In this document: one piece after another, positions 34,260 through 46,300 of the stretch | Numbering within the stretch: position 1 is the first letter of the stretch | Layout: each line of letters opens with the position of its first letter | Virus record (IMG/VR): IMGVR_UViG_3300043411_001021 | Location: 1-52,155 of that record | Strand: one strand, 5' to 3' | Length of the DNA: 52,155 bases | From: a virus | Lineage: Duplodnaviria > Caudoviricetes | The notes under the pieces: generated by a model | Database searches by the model: none | Seen by the model: only the letters and a program-made list of their open reading frames with translations | What the model was told of the DNA's origin: nothing | Translations under genes and position numbers: made by a program

Positions 34260-35878
34260 TAGTACCCTCTAGTAATAGAAATTATGTACCATTTTGTTTC
34301 CGCAGCATTATAAATTGCACCCAAAAAATCTCGTTTATTAGGTGCTGTACTTAATACAGCACTAGTGATATCAGATCCAAACACAAATTGACCACCATAA
34401 GTTATCACCCTAGCACCGACATTATCTTGTATAAGTTCCCATACAATTTTTTGACCATCGGTCGGATTAGTTGGGTTTCCAAGAATCCTATTACCGCCAA
34501 GAATAACCCTAAAATGATTACTTAAAGAAGCATCAGTAACAACGGTACTCGCATCAGATAATACTAAGGGTGTAGATACAAAAGCTTGCGACGCCCTTAT
34601 GATACCCGTACCTTTAGCATCTAGTGTAAGTGATACATTCGTATCCCCACCAGTTGCAGCAATAGTAGGAGATCCAGCAGTTGCAGCATTTGTGACTGTA
34701 ACTTCATTGACAGCGGAAGCTATTGAGCCAAATTTGACGGTTTCATTCGAATTAGTGTCTAATAAAGCAGTTGTGATTTTTACAGATGCAGGTAGTGATA
34801 GAGTTGGATTACCAGAAACACCGTCACCATTTACTATACTAATTTGGGTAGCATCCCCCGATGTTAAAGTACGGCCAACAAAAGTATCAGCAGCTGTTTG
34901 AGTTAATACACCATTTGTATTATAACCAGCTAATGATGTTAATGTTGGATCCAATGCAATGGCAATTTTCTTCCAGATTGTGCCGTTATAAAAAATTAAA
35001 TCATTTATTGCATATGTTATTGACCCAGATCCTAAATCTTGTGTGCCAGCTGTAGCTAGTAAATATAAATCACCAGTTGAACCAGTACCATCTATTAATG
35101 TAGGTGTATTAGTAGTTGCGTCCCAAGTACCTTGATACTGCATAGCTTTTTCAGTTAGCTGTGCAGCTGGAAGTTTACCCCCAGAATCTAGACCAGCATA
35201 TCCACTATTTGCACCTTTATTAGCTAAATCCTCTTTTAAAGCAAGTGCATCATATACAACATCTTGAGACGGGGCAATACCAGTTATACCTGTTGTAATA
35301 GACTCTGCTACTAAACCTAGGTCAACACCATATTGAGCAGGTGTCCTAACAACCCAAGATCCAGATTTTCTCTGTATTATATCATCATTACTTGGTGATA
35401 ATGATCCAATAGAAGTTAGACCAGCTGAGTAAGCTTGTACATCGGATCCAATAGATACACCAATAGTAGTCCTAACATCAGATGTTGATGCGTCATCTAA
35501 GATTGAACGACCAGTAGCAGTACATGTTATTTCTTCAACATCACCAGCACCTGCAGTTGAACGACCTAGTAATTTATTTGTAGCGGTTACATTCTGCATT
35601 TTAGCATAAGTTACTACATCATTATCAATAGTAAGTACAGTACCTGTACCTGATACAGTTATATCACCCTTGTCACCGTCAGTAAGCCCACCGCCACCGC
35701 CACCAACTGATGCAACGCTAATACCAGCAGCACTAATAGTTACCGCAGTAGGTGAAGCAGGGTCTATCCTGAGTTCTCCTTGATATCCATTAGTACTATC
35801 ACCATTACCTGTTATTATTAAGCTATCCGAGTCCTCGAATAGACATGTACATGATGATCCACATCCACAACGTGCCAT
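34259..35878 (-). CDS. Tail fibre / minor tail protein
   Basis: MARCGC N-terminus, DGDKGDITVS, YQGTWDATTNTPTL fibre modules. Confidence 0.75.
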   Translation of the reverse strand: MARCGCGSSCTCLFEDSDSLIITGNGDSTNGYQGELRIDPASPTAVTISAAGISVASVGGGGGGLTDGDKGDITVSGTGTVLTIDNDVVTYAKMQNVTATNKLLGRSTAGAGDVEEITCTATGRSILDDASTSDVRTTIGVSIGSDVQAYSAGLTSIGSLSPSNDDIIQRKSGSWVVRTPAQYGVDLGLVAESITTGITGIAPSQDVVYDALALKEDLANKGANSGYAGLDSGGKLPAAQLTEKAMQYQGTWDATTNTPTLIDGTGSTGDLYLLATAGTQDLGSGSITYAINDLIFYNGTIWKKIAIALDPTLTSLAGYNTNGVLTQTAADTFVGRTLTSGDATQISIVNGDGVSGNPTLSLPASVKITTALLDTNSNETVKFGSIASAVNEVTVTNAATAGSPTIAATGGDTNVSLTLDAKGTGIIRASQAFVSTPLVLSDASTVVTDASLSNHFRVILGGNRILGNPTNPTDGQKIVWELIQDNVGARVITYGGQFVFGSDITSAVLSTAPNKRDFLGAIYNAAETKWYIISITRGY

Positions 35879-35959
35879 AAAAATTTTCCTTTTACTACAA
35901 TTTTACCATTTAATACGGTTCAAAAGAGTTCCTAGTGTTATTTTTTGTATTTTAAAATA

Positions 35960-37690
35960 TTAATTGTGTCCTAAAACTATTAACTCTGAGCCAATAGCAA
36001 AATTTCCAGTACCACCTGTATTAGTTAGTGTGATGGTAGTAATTTGGTTTGCAGTATTATCCCAATTAGACCAAATTTTAATTGGTGTAGGTACATTATT
36101 ACCATTTAAAGACCAAGTTCCATCCAATGTCATTTGTTTGTTAGATGTTTGAAAATTTAAAATAGTCCCTGTGATCATGAAACTATTAGTGTTATATGGT
36201 GTGCCACTATCAATTGGAATACTTGTTTGTCCTGCAACTGCTGTATTATATAAAGCTGCACCCGAACCTGTTAAAACAAAATAATTATTACCGTAATTTG
36301 CTCCCGTATCACTATTAAAAGTGATATTTGTATTAATTGTTTTACCAACACCACCTGTTGCTGTTACGCCTACAATGATATATAGATATTTACGTGCAGC
36401 AAATGAAGCAACAGAGATAGTATTTCCAGCACTACCTAAAGTTGTACGTCCTAACTCTTCCCACCAAGGGGTAGCCCATGTACCGTCACCTCTCCAAAAT
36501 GTACTAGAAGATGCCGAAGTACCAGAATTAAGATTCGTAACAGGTAAATTACCACTCACATGAGTAGCTAATCCAATTTTTCCATAGCTAGGAGCAGCAC
36601 CAACTCCGCCAGAGATTACTGCATTACCAGTAGCAACATCTGCTAATTTACCAACAGTTGAGGTTGTTGGGGCATATAAAATATCACCAACTGCATAACT
36701 ACTAAGACCAGTACCACCATCAGTCGCAGCAACGTCAGCACCACCTGGGGCATAGTAGTCTGTACCAGCGTTTGCAATAGATAAGACACCAGAAGTAAGT
36801 TTTGCTAGACCTGATCCAGTAGCTCTTTTAATGAGTTTACCTGTCGTTGAGCTAAACAAGGCGATTTCACTATCTACCGATGAAGATGGTCCTACAACAT
36901 CACCGGAACCAGCAGATATAATTGCAGCATCAATTGCATCTATAACCGCTGCAGTAGTTGGTAAGGATGTGTCATTATCAGAAGATGCTGTACCTTCTGC
37001 AGCAGTGACTATTGCACTACCCGCAAAATCTTCTACCTCGAGGTTAGTAATAGAGTTTCCAGTATCGTTAGCATCTATAGCCTTATTAGTAAAAGTATTT
37101 GTACTATCACTTGTAGCATTTGTAGCATCATATGCCATAACATCTGTGCCAATAGTAAGACCTAAATTTGTTCGAGCATCTACTACATCTGAGGCTCCTG
37201 TTCCACCATCTTCAATAGGTACGTCCGTTCCATCCGCACGATATACTAATTTACCCTCAACTGAGATGTTCCCAGCATCTGTGCGAGTTATCGTTGTGTC
37301 AGATGCATGTCCAATATTTAAAGCATTAAATTCTGGGCTATTTGCTACACCTAAATTTAAATCTGATCTAGTAACATTATGAGGGTTTCCTAAAGCTATT
37401 TGAGAGTGTGTATATGCAGTTTTTCCTCTGTCACCTCGGTATGCTGTAGTTGAAGTTTCACCTAATGTTAAGGCACCACCTTCCCCATCAGATAGTACAA
37501 TATCTGCACCAGATTTCCCAATTGTAATTGTTCGACCGTCCATATGAGTAAATATGAAATCACCGTCAGTATTTTCTTGTATTTGCCATGATCTAGCAGA
37601 TACTCTATTACCTATTTCTAAGGATCTAATGCGGTCTTCTAATTTTTTTATATACTCTTGTATTGTCTGGTTACTATCTCTAATACTCAT
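35960..37690 (-). CDS. Tail fibre protein
   Basis: N-terminal LEDRIRSLE coil, [26 protein letters not shown] repeats. Confidence 0.75.
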   Translation of the reverse strand: MSIRDSNQTIQEYIKKLEDRIRSLEIGNRVSARSWQIQENTDGDFIFTHMDGRTITIGKSGADIVLSDGEGGALTLGETSTTAYRGDRGKTAYTHSQIALGNPHNVTRSDLNLGVANSPEFNALNIGHASDTTITRTDAGNISVEGKLVYRADGTDVPIEDGGTGASDVVDARTNLGLTIGTDVMAYDATNATSDSTNTFTNKAIDANDTGNSITNLEVEDFAGSAIVTAAEGTASSDNDTSLPTTAAVIDAIDAAIISAGSGDVVGPSSSVDSEIALFSSTTGKLIKRATGSGLAKLTSGVLSIANAGTDYYAPGGADVAATDGGTGLSSYAVGDILYAPTTSTVGKLADVATGNAVISGGVGAAPSYGKIGLATHVSGNLPVTNLNSGTSASSSTFWRGDGTWATPWWEELGRTTLGSAGNTISVASFAARKYLYIIVGVTATGGVGKTINTNITFNSDTGANYGNNYFVLTGSGAALYNTAVAGQTSIPIDSGTPYNTNSFMITGTILNFQTSNKQMTLDGTWSLNGNNVPTPIKIWSNWDNTANQITTITLTNTGGTGNFAIGSELIVLGHN

Positions 37691-38811
37691 TAGTTACCTG
37701 CTCCCAATGTACCAACAGGTATCAAACCTAATTCTACATTTTCGTTGTTCTCAACAGTTACAGATACCCTCTTCAATCTCAATTCAAATTCAAGTAATTT
37801 ACATAAATAATTAACTGACATTTTTACAGTTGCGCCTGGTATTAATTTCTCAATATTCACAGGAGCGTCTGCTGTTAAAATTGCAGCACTCGTATCTGAA
37901 GTAGCATTATCTACTTTAATTTTCTTCTTCTTATTTGGATTTGATAAATAAATTGGTGGTTTTTTAAACATATCCCAACGTGTTTTAGCAGCTTGTAAAG
38001 CTGAGTTGTAATCTTTAATATCATTCTCCGACCATACAGCGTCAACTAAACCAAATTGACCACTTGGTATTTCATAGTTAGCAGTAGCTGCATCACTGTC
38101 TCCCTTTACAATGGTGTTTGTAGCCATAATGTCACCTTGTATCGATAGATCATATCCACCAGCAAAATGATCACTTCTAAGAGTTGCTATTGGAGTTGCA
38201 TTTGGTACAGTGTAGCCACCAGCAAAAAGTTTACGTAAATGTACTGTCCAATCAATTCCTGTATCAGCTAGTTCTCTTAAAATATCTCCATAATATTTAT
38301 AATCATTAACTTTTACTTCACGATCTCCTAATATATTTGATTGATTTATTTGATATAACATATGGAAATCATCAAGAGCTATAGCATCCTCAATAAGTGT
38401 TTGAAAAATTGTTGAAAGATCAGTTTGTGTCCACAAATGATTAACCCTAGATACTCTATGATTTAACCACCAAGAAAGATCACTTGCTTGTATTGTAACA
38501 AGATCATCTGAATAAGTCATACGTGTTATTGGACCAACCCAAACAGGTTGCTCATTCCTATAAATAACAAGTTCATCAGCTATAGGTGTCACATCTTCTA
38601 AAATTGCACAGCATTGTTCAGACCCTAAACCTGTTGTTGGTACAACACAAGATGCTGTTGATGTGTCATCTAAAATTCTTTCCCAGAATATACGAGTAGT
38701 TGTTAATTCACCAATATTTCCAGCAGTTATCCTACCGTCATCAGATTGTTTTGGTTTGTGTTGGACTTGTACTCTATAAGAGCCATTACCTAATGTATCT
38801 GACCCAGCCAT
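37690..38811 (-). CDS. Minor tail protein (Tal/baseplate hub-like)
   Basis: Second gene after the TMP; ELVIYRN...VWVGPI motif. Confidence 0.75.
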   Translation of the reverse strand: MAGSDTLGNGSYRVQVQHKPKQSDDGRITAGNIGELTTTRIFWERILDDTSTASCVVPTTGLGSEQCCAILEDVTPIADELVIYRNEQPVWVGPITRMTYSDDLVTIQASDLSWWLNHRVSRVNHLWTQTDLSTIFQTLIEDAIALDDFHMLYQINQSNILGDREVKVNDYKYYGDILRELADTGIDWTVHLRKLFAGGYTVPNATPIATLRSDHFAGGYDLSIQGDIMATNTIVKGDSDAATANYEIPSGQFGLVDAVWSENDIKDYNSALQAAKTRWDMFKKPPIYLSNPNKKKKIKVDNATSDTSAAILTADAPVNIEKLIPGATVKMSVNYLCKLLEFELRLKRVSVTVENNENVELGLIPVGTLGAGN

Positions 38812-40448
38812 TATATTCTTCGCTCCCAGATGTCAACTACTATAGATGTTTTATTATTTATAAATGCGGGATGTGCTAACGAACGTAAAATTATAGGTGT
38901 GCATGATATATCAATCCATGAAAATAATGTACCGTCTGAAGAATAAACATATTTATCTCCCGATTGAGTGTTAAATCCACATTTTAAAGTTATTTGTCTG
39001 TTTAACCCGTCAATTGTTAAAACACTATTTGCAGGTAAATACGGAATACTTAAACCACCACAAGTATCTTGACAATCCCAATAATCCTCATCACCTTCTG
39101 GGTACACATCTAAATATTTAGGATTTTCTAAAACTTCTAGAATTAAATTTCTTAAAATATCTGTACCAGTAGTAATTTTTATAATCGTAGTTGCGTCAAC
39201 CCAATCTGAACCATTATCGGCAATAGAAGTTAATTTTTTTACGGCAAAAGGTGGTCTACACGCACAATCTGTTTCTATGAGAGACTCAAAAATACTATCA
39301 TAAACAGGATCTTCACAACCTGTGTATTTTTCACTATTTTGAACAAGTATTCTACAAGTAGTAGGTACGCCTAATTCTAAATCAAAATCTGCTGTATATG
39401 TATAATCTTCTCGTAGTACAATATAACATGTATTACTTAAATTAGGGGTGCCGTCAATAGTGTAGTAATAATCTTGTGATGGAAAACTACCTGTACGTGG
39501 GAACCAACCTCCAATAGCTGACCAGGTACCAACCCTATCGATTTGATTCCATTGTGTAGGACTTGTATTTGGTTGGTTACCTGTAGTATCTACAATAGCT
39601 CTGTACATGAACCCGTCATAATAAACTTCAGCACCTACACTAAATGGAACACCAATATACCAATTATTAGCTGGAGCAGTTGCACTAATTGACAAACTTA
39701 ATTCTGGTAAAGCATCTTTTGCACATGGGGCAGTATCATCAGCTGGGCAAGGACTACACCACTGGGGTGCACAACTATCTTCTGCATCATTATAAGTTAC
39801 AGATACTGTACTTAATTTTTTAGTAAACATATATGGAATCTCTGAAAAGAAAGACCAAGTAACTTCTCGAACTAAACAACCACAACTTTCGATTGGTTTT
39901 ACATACCTAGGTGGGTTTAATACACCAGTACGTTTAAACGTAAGAAGACCATCATCATCTGTCTCACTTTCAGATGGACAACATGATCTTATTATTAATT
40001 CATCTTCTGGACAACCATTACAATCAGCAGCACCTAATAGCGCTTGATTCAACCAACGTATACCAAAATCCATACCACGACAAGTAGTGGCATACATGAC
40101 CCCACGTACAGCCATCTCCCTACCGTTATACTTAAGACGGGCCAAAGATCCACCAATTGCATTATTTACGGCACTAGAACGAAGAAAAGGAGGACCGTCT
40201 AGTCCTGTGACCTCATGCACATAAAGTCCCATAAACTCATAAGATGCAGGAACATCTTCATCATGCCAAGGAGCCGGATCTTCTTCTATATCTATATAAT
40301 CTGCAGGGCAAGAATAATCATTTATTATTTGTGGAAAACACCCACCAACATCCGCTGGTCTATCCTCACATCTAAGATTTTGGTTTACACGGCTCCATGA
40401 GGATATTTCATTACCCCCAAAACACATCCACCCGTTAAATTCTGCCAT
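38811..40448 (-). CDS. Distal tail (Dit)-like protein with CBM5/12-like insert
   Basis: Directly after the TMP; YLPANSVLTIDG; insert W...F.VGAEVYYDGFMYRA...P..SPTQW. Confidence 0.72.
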   Translation of the reverse strand: MAEFNGWMCFGGNEISSWSRVNQNLRCEDRPADVGGCFPQIINDYSCPADYIDIEEDPAPWHDEDVPASYEFMGLYVHEVTGLDGPPFLRSSAVNNAIGGSLARLKYNGREMAVRGVMYATTCRGMDFGIRWLNQALLGAADCNGCPEDELIIRSCCPSESETDDDGLLTFKRTGVLNPPRYVKPIESCGCLVREVTWSFFSEIPYMFTKKLSTVSVTYNDAEDSCAPQWCSPCPADDTAPCAKDALPELSLSISATAPANNWYIGVPFSVGAEVYYDGFMYRAIVDTTGNQPNTSPTQWNQIDRVGTWSAIGGWFPRTGSFPSQDYYYTIDGTPNLSNTCYIVLREDYTYTADFDLELGVPTTCRILVQNSEKYTGCEDPVYDSIFESLIETDCACRPPFAVKKLTSIADNGSDWVDATTIIKITTGTDILRNLILEVLENPKYLDVYPEGDEDYWDCQDTCGGLSIPYLPANSVLTIDGLNRQITLKCGFNTQSGDKYVYSSDGTLFSWIDISCTPIILRSLAHPAFINNKTSIVVDIWERRI

Positions 40449-43400
40449 TATCTTCTAATTCCTTCAGTAAGTCGTGATGCCAAGAACATAGCTGTCGCTT
40501 CTGGGTCTTGTGAGTTAATATCACGAGCATCTACATTTATATTGTTCGTGTTGTAAACTTGATTTGAGCTACTGGTATAATTACTATTACCAGCATTTCG
40601 CATAGCTAGGTCATAAAGACCAGATTGTTTCATCAATTGTAGGGCACGAGACGGCCTAGTTAGAGGTATAACTGCCTCACTACCTGCTTCACCAATTATT
40701 GCGTTTGTTGCTCGGTGCACAAGCCCACCATCCGCATATAAGCGTATATTACCTGTACGTCTACCTGTTACTGTCCCATCACTTATAATGAAACTTGACG
40801 CTCCTGTAATTTTTGATAAATTCAAAGAACCTGCCAAGGCCGGATTTATGGCCTCTAGAGCAGCTTTAAAAGCAGCTTGACCAGCTGGAGTAAGAGTTGG
40901 GAATATATTTTTAATCTGATCAGATGTCATCACTGCCGTCACAGCGTTAAATGTGGGTTGATCTAACCAAGGGATAACTTTAGCCAATTGGTCGGCACTC
41001 ATTAGAGTGACTGATCGTTCAAGTGCGGCTGGATCTAGATCCGTAAATATTTTATTAAAACTCTGGTCAGGTATAAGCGCAAGACTAGCTTGTAAAGCAT
41101 TGTCGTCCATGTTTGATATTATTTTTATAAAAGTTTCTTGAGGAACCGTCTCTAAAGCTATTGCAGCTTGTTCTGGTTTCATTTGTGGTACTAAGGCTAT
41201 TAATCGTTCTTCTGGCAGTAGAGAAAGCTCTCTCTTAAACTCTTCTGGGTCTAATTTAGGGAATACTTTTAGTAATCGGGCATCTGTTGATTTAGCTAGT
41301 GTTCTTTTTAAATCTTCATCGTTTAGCTGTGGTAAAATATCTATGAATTTTTTAAGTGGTATCTTATAAATGGCTTTTTGTAAGTCTTCATCACTCATTT
41401 TTGGAATTAGAGTCACAATTTCATCTGCTGTGAGTGTGTTATTATATATAAGATCAACTACAACTTTTGGGTTGAGATCATATAAACTACTAAGGAACGC
41501 TTTACGTTGTTCAGCATCCATCTCAGGGAGTACCTTTAACTTAATAGCATTTGCGTCGTATCCAAGCTCATTTATTGAAGTAGCAATTTGTGTTGGGTCT
41601 ATACCAATTAAAATATTAAGTTTTTTATTATCGTTCTTTGATTTCTTAAACTCAGAATCTAGTACTGAAGCTAAGTCCGTATTGGAAGCACTGCCTGCAG
41701 CACCACCATCTACACCGAATTTAACACTGAAACGGAGGGGGAAATTATCTTGAGAACCAGGTTCACCAAATTGGCGGAAAAATTCTTTATAAAAAGCTTC
41801 AGCTTGGACAGGTGTCTTACCTTCAACTAATAATTTTGCTTGGGCTACATAATTAGTAGCCTCTCCACTTTGTACTCTTAATCTAGAAATCAATATTGGA
41901 TTATTGTTCAACTCATTAAGAGACTCTCCATATAGCTTATTAACTTTAGCTATCTCTTCTTGATACTTAACTGAGTTTATAACACCAGATTTAAAGTCTG
42001 CATTTATTTTGGCTTGTTGATTGAATATATCATTTGACATTGATCTGAAATCAGCTAAGTTAGCAGCACCTTTCACACTGTTTGGGTTAAATGCCGTATT
42101 ATAATTCTTTTTATCTATCACCTGATCCTTTAAATTACCAGCCGCAGTTGTAGCTTCCTCAGTGCTAAACCCTACAATCACATTGGCTTTCACATCCTTA
42201 AAAGCTTTCTCAAATTCTTTACGCACAGAATCTATTTCTATACTCTCCAAAAACACCTTTTGTTGTTCAGGCGTCATTTTCAAATCTGTCATTTTCTTAA
42301 CAGCTTCTTTTATTTGCTTAGGGTCAATTATCCCACCATTTTCAGTAGCTAATTTATTCATAAATGTAGCAAAGTCTTCTGGTATAGATAAATTACCAAA
42401 ATTCTGTCTAATCTGTGCAACTTGCGTATCAGACATTCCAATCTTTTTTGCCAACGCATCAAACTCATTATTAGTTTTAGTCATTAAATCAAATGCACTA
42501 GCAATACTTTGGTTAGTGTTTCCTATAAGAGTGCTTTCTGTCTCTGTCAACCCCAACAAAGGACTTGCAACTTTCATACCGGCATCTGTGTAACCAAAAT
42601 TAGTATTAGTTAAGTTTTGTCCTTTAAACCCTGCAAAAGCAGTACTGCTTATTGCTATATTCTCTTTAGTATTAGCCTCACCAAGTTGTTTAAAGTAGTC
42701 CCCAGAAGCTTTAATAGCGTCAGTACGTCCTTTAGCTGCTGCCTGGTACGTCGTCATGTTTTCTTTTAGAACTTTACCATTTGCAAGTTCTTGTTTATTT
42801 AAATCAGCTGCTTCTTTTTTAGCATCTTTAAGACCAGTCGCGTATGCGGCAACCGCTTCACGAGTTTTATCAAGTTTACCTTTAAATTGAAAATTTTCAC
42901 CACTATTAAAAAAGGTATCGTATCCAAGTGAACTTGCTATCCCTGAGTTATCCCAATCTTTACCAACTTTTATACCTTTACTTTTAGCAATTTTTAATAG
43001 GGCCTCTCTCATACCCTTATCGTTTATTCCAAGACCTCGCCCAAACTTTGTTGGGTCAATTCCTGCATTAGCCATATCTGTGAGAAGTTTTTTACCCTCA
43101 GTTTGGACTTTATCAGATGCGTTCCTAGGTCCTTTTACTTGTTTTTCAAATAGATCTTTCCCAATATTTAATGTTTTAGTTAAGGCATCCTTATTGACTG
43201 ATGCAATTTTATCCATATCTTCCTTTTTAGAAGATAAAGATAAGTTAACATAGTCAGAAGGTGATAGGTTATTAGCAACTAAACTATTTGTAAATCCTTT
43301 TCTAGAATTATCATTGCCATTCATTTTATTGTTTAAATCAGCTACAAGGGCTTCAAAACCACTTTGTCTAGCTTCAGAGCTTGTGGCTGTCATAAACGAC

Positions 43401-46006
43401 ACAGCAGCAGCTTTAGTTTCGTCTATTTTACCTTTTAGTTCTGCAGCTTTTTGAGCTGAGTTAGCAAGATGTGCTGTGAATAAACTTATTCCGACACCAA
43501 TACCTAATGATGCAGCTATACCGCCAACAGAGGATAATAATCCTCCCATTTTTGATGCAGGCTGTAGTCCAGATGCCATTGCGACATTAGCTTTACTTGA
43601 GTTTTTGGCGTAATTGGACATGCCATTAGATGCATTATTAGTTGCAGAAGATACTGAATCGGTGTTTATCTTGGCATTTTTCATACCTACGTTATATTTA
43701 GTTTGTACATCTTGTGCTTGCGCAATAGCTAATTTGCCTTGGTACATTCCTTGAGTCCAAGCAGCTTGTAACCTTGTACCCCTAGAGACTTCTGTGTGTA
43801 TTCCTGCAAAACCTTTCTCTAATCCAGGTAAATCTCTACTTAATTTTTTGTTTCCATTAATTGAATTAAGCACTGTTGCTTGGTTTTCTTTGAGAGCTAC
43901 ATTAGTTTCTAATAATCCCTTACGATCAAAAAAATTAGTAAGATGTCTAGCATTTTTTGAAGTAATTGCGCCAGATGCCTTTAGCTGTTCTAGAAGACCT
44001 TTTAATGATTGGGTTGTACCTTCTATGGCAGGTTTTCCAACACCAATACCAACTAAGGTAGTTCCAATCTGTTTTAAACTTGTAAATGTTCCTGTAGCAG
44101 ATAATGCCATCAGTGTTTTTTGGAATTGATTTATCATTGGAACAACTTTTGTAAGTGTCACAAAGAAAACTAATAGCCCTGTATCAAAATCTTTTAACAT
44201 TGAAATAAAAGCTAATAATGGTGAGCCAGTTAATTTAAAAATCGAAAATGCTGCTAGTAATTGTGCAGGTAGTTCCCCTAATGTGCCAATTATTGGTTGT
44301 AATATTTTTAAGAATCCTGCAAGAATATCGGTCGCCATTGCTCCAAAACTGCCAATAGCTGTAAAGCCTTCAACAATATGTTTTACAGTGTTAATAAATA
44401 ACGCAGATACACTATCCAGGTTTATTGCATTTAAAAAGTTATGGAACGCTTCTCCTAATATAGTTAACGAGCCGCGAAGTTGTGTAAATGACGGACCAAC
44501 TGTCTCAACTAACTTGCGAAAAGCTACTGCTATATCATCTGCAGATTCTCGAATGAATTTAAATGGTACTGATAGAATATTCTCAACACCGTGTGCAACC
44601 CCAAAAAGTGAAGTTAAGAATGTGTCAGTTGTTGACCCCATACCTTTAAAGGCGTTAGTGAAAGCATCTCGTACCGTTAGTACGGTTGTGAAAAACTCAT
44701 GTCCAAATTCGCGTATTGCACCAAGTACAGTATTGTTTATGACATCGTTAATTGCCATAAATCCATCTGCGAATAGACCTAATAGTACTGTACCACCTCT
44801 AAAAGCTGGCTCTAATGCTTCAAAAACATTTGTGTAAAACACTGAAAAGGCAACAGATAGTTTACCTAGTGATTGGCCAATATTAAATATATAAGGCTGG
44901 TTCTCAATCATCAGCTTACCGAGACGGTCGAACTGCTTAAAGGACTCTAATAGACCATCTGAAGCACCTGCTAATAAATACTTATACGTTGATATGTTAC
45001 CTTGTACAAACTTACCAAAGAGACTATCAAAATCTCTAAGCGCTCTTTGTCCTAGATCAACACCTGTGATCATAATGTCGCCAATACCTTCACTAGCTGT
45101 TGTGAATACAGCACGTAAGCTCTCAGATGAGTCCACAGCAGCGTTTGCAAAGATATCTAAGGCTTCACCCATACCATTAAAAGAGGATCGTTCAAAGATG
45201 TCTTTTACTGTAGATAAGGCACCGGACATGGTGCGTAATTGTCGCTCAGATGCGCCAGCCGCTCCTGGTATTTCACGTAAACCTTTTAATATACCCTCAA
45301 TAGCAATATCAGATGTGATATTACCTTTTCGCATTTCTGCGTAAAATTTAGCCATGCTGCCAGGGAGGGAGTCGCCATACATATATGTGGCAACCTGTCC
45401 AGCTACGTTAAAACCATTTAAGTTGTTTGTAAATTGACGAATTTCTTCACCAGTTAGTTTACCTTTACCAATTGTCTGAGATAGGGCAAGGGAAAAACCA
45501 TCAATATTTTCTGTAGATGCACCCAGTGCAGAACCACCGTCAGCTAAAGTTCTTAAGATCTCTATAGATCTATCAGAGGCTTTACCAATATCATCTCCAC
45601 CAAGTTTAAAAGCTGCTACGAAGCGTTGAAAGTTTTTAGCGAGTGCTCCACCTTCAAAAGGTGTGACTTCTGCTAATTGAAAAACCCTATCAAATTGTTT
45701 TTTACCTTCTGCAACTCCACCAAAAAGACCCTCAAAGGATTTTTGTATAACTTGTAGTTGACTTGCAGAATGTATTGCTAGACCACCTACTAATGAAAAT
45801 GAGGTGGCACTAGCTGTTACAAGTAATTTAGAAGCAGTTCCAATACTTCCTTTTAATTTATCAAAAAACCCATCACTTTGCTTCTCTAATTGGAGAAGGT
45901 TAGTAGCCATAGCCTGACGAAGACCAGGGCCGAAACCAGATATTTCAGGTTGAATACGGACAAATGCCGACGCAATTACGTTACCCTGCGACGCTCCGAT
46001 TGCCAT
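40448..46006 (-). CDS. Tape measure protein
   Basis: 1852 aa helical; AEVTPF, ALSQTIGKGKLTGEEIRQ tape-measure domain; ADGG...IGEAGSEAVIPL. Confidence 0.95.
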   Translation of the reverse strand: MAIGASQGNVIASAFVRIQPEISGFGPGLRQAMATNLLQLEKQSDGFFDKLKGSIGTASKLLVTASATSFSLVGGLAIHSASQLQVIQKSFEGLFGGVAEGKKQFDRVFQLAEVTPFEGGALAKNFQRFVAAFKLGGDDIGKASDRSIEILRTLADGGSALGASTENIDGFSLALSQTIGKGKLTGEEIRQFTNNLNGFNVAGQVATYMYGDSLPGSMAKFYAEMRKGNITSDIAIEGILKGLREIPGAAGASERQLRTMSGALSTVKDIFERSSFNGMGEALDIFANAAVDSSESLRAVFTTASEGIGDIMITGVDLGQRALRDFDSLFGKFVQGNISTYKYLLAGASDGLLESFKQFDRLGKLMIENQPYIFNIGQSLGKLSVAFSVFYTNVFEALEPAFRGGTVLLGLFADGFMAINDVINNTVLGAIREFGHEFFTTVLTVRDAFTNAFKGMGSTTDTFLTSLFGVAHGVENILSVPFKFIRESADDIAVAFRKLVETVGPSFTQLRGSLTILGEAFHNFLNAINLDSVSALFINTVKHIVEGFTAIGSFGAMATDILAGFLKILQPIIGTLGELPAQLLAAFSIFKLTGSPLLAFISMLKDFDTGLLVFFVTLTKVVPMINQFQKTLMALSATGTFTSLKQIGTTLVGIGVGKPAIEGTTQSLKGLLEQLKASGAITSKNARHLTNFFDRKGLLETNVALKENQATVLNSINGNKKLSRDLPGLEKGFAGIHTEVSRGTRLQAAWTQGMYQGKLAIAQAQDVQTKYNVGMKNAKINTDSVSSATNNASNGMSNYAKNSSKANVAMASGLQPASKMGGLLSSVGGIAASLGIGVGISLFTAHLANSAQKAAELKGKIDETKAAAVSFMTATSSEARQSGFEALVADLNNKMNGNDNSRKGFTNSLVANNLSPSDYVNLSLSSKKEDMDKIASVNKDALTKTLNIGKDLFEKQVKGPRNASDKVQTEGKKLLTDMANAGIDPTKFGRGLGINDKGMREALLKIAKSKGIKVGKDWDNSGIASSLGYDTFFNSGENFQFKGKLDKTREAVAAYATGLKDAKKEAADLNKQELANGKVLKENMTTYQAAAKGRTDAIKASGDYFKQLGEANTKENIAISSTAFAGFKGQNLTNTNFGYTDAGMKVASPLLGLTETESTLIGNTNQSIASAFDLMTKTNNEFDALAKKIGMSDTQVAQIRQNFGNLSIPEDFATFMNKLATENGGIIDPKQIKEAVKKMTDLKMTPEQQKVFLESIEIDSVRKEFEKAFKDVKANVIVGFSTEEATTAAGNLKDQVIDKKNYNTAFNPNSVKGAANLADFRSMSNDIFNQQAKINADFKSGVINSVKYQEEIAKVNKLYGESLNELNNNPILISRLRVQSGEATNYVAQAKLLVEGKTPVQAEAFYKEFFRQFGEPGSQDNFPLRFSVKFGVDGGAAGSASNTDLASVLDSEFKKSKNDNKKLNILIGIDPTQIATSINELGYDANAIKLKVLPEMDAEQRKAFLSSLYDLNPKVVVDLIYNNTLTADEIVTLIPKMSDEDLQKAIYKIPLKKFIDILPQLNDEDLKRTLAKSTDARLLKVFPKLDPEEFKRELSLLPEERLIALVPQMKPEQAAIALETVPQETFIKIISNMDDNALQASLALIPDQSFNKIFTDLDPAALERSVTLMSADQLAKVIPWLDQPTFNAVTAVMTSDQIKNIFPTLTPAGQAAFKAALEAINPALAGSLNLSKITGASSFIISDGTVTGRRTGNIRLYADGGLVHRATNAIIGEAGSEAVIPLTRPSRALQLMKQSGLYDLAMRNAGNSNYTSSSNQVYNTNNINVDARDINSQDPEATAMFLASRLTEGIRR

Positions 46007-46283
46007 TACTCTGTTCCTTAAATTCTGCGAGTTCTGCTAATAGTTCAGGTGTTAGCCCTCTATTTTGCTCCTCTATAGGTTTTTGGGCATCCGCCCACTG
46101 ATCGAAGTCCCTGTATGAGATTTGTCCTTTAAATAGTTCACGTAATTTCGTCGAATGTTCACCTTCACTATTGTCAACGACACTAAAAGCCACAAGGTTT
46201 AACGCTTGTCTAAGTGGTGTATTGAGAAGATCTTTCCCAGCCAACCATGCTTTTGTTTCGTAGTAATCCCAGTCAGAAGTCAA
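45981..46283 (-). CDS. Tail assembly chaperone, C-terminal (frameshift) part
   Basis: Lies between the chaperone and TMP; frame is open back into the upstream gene in the -1 frame. Confidence 0.65.
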   Translation of the reverse strand: MTSDWDYYETKAWLAGKDLLNTPLRQALNLVAFSVVDNSEGEHSTKLRELFKGQISYRDFDQWADAQKPIEEQNRGLTPELLAELAEFKEQSNGNRSVAG

Positions 46284-46300
46284 TAAATCATAAAGAATTA

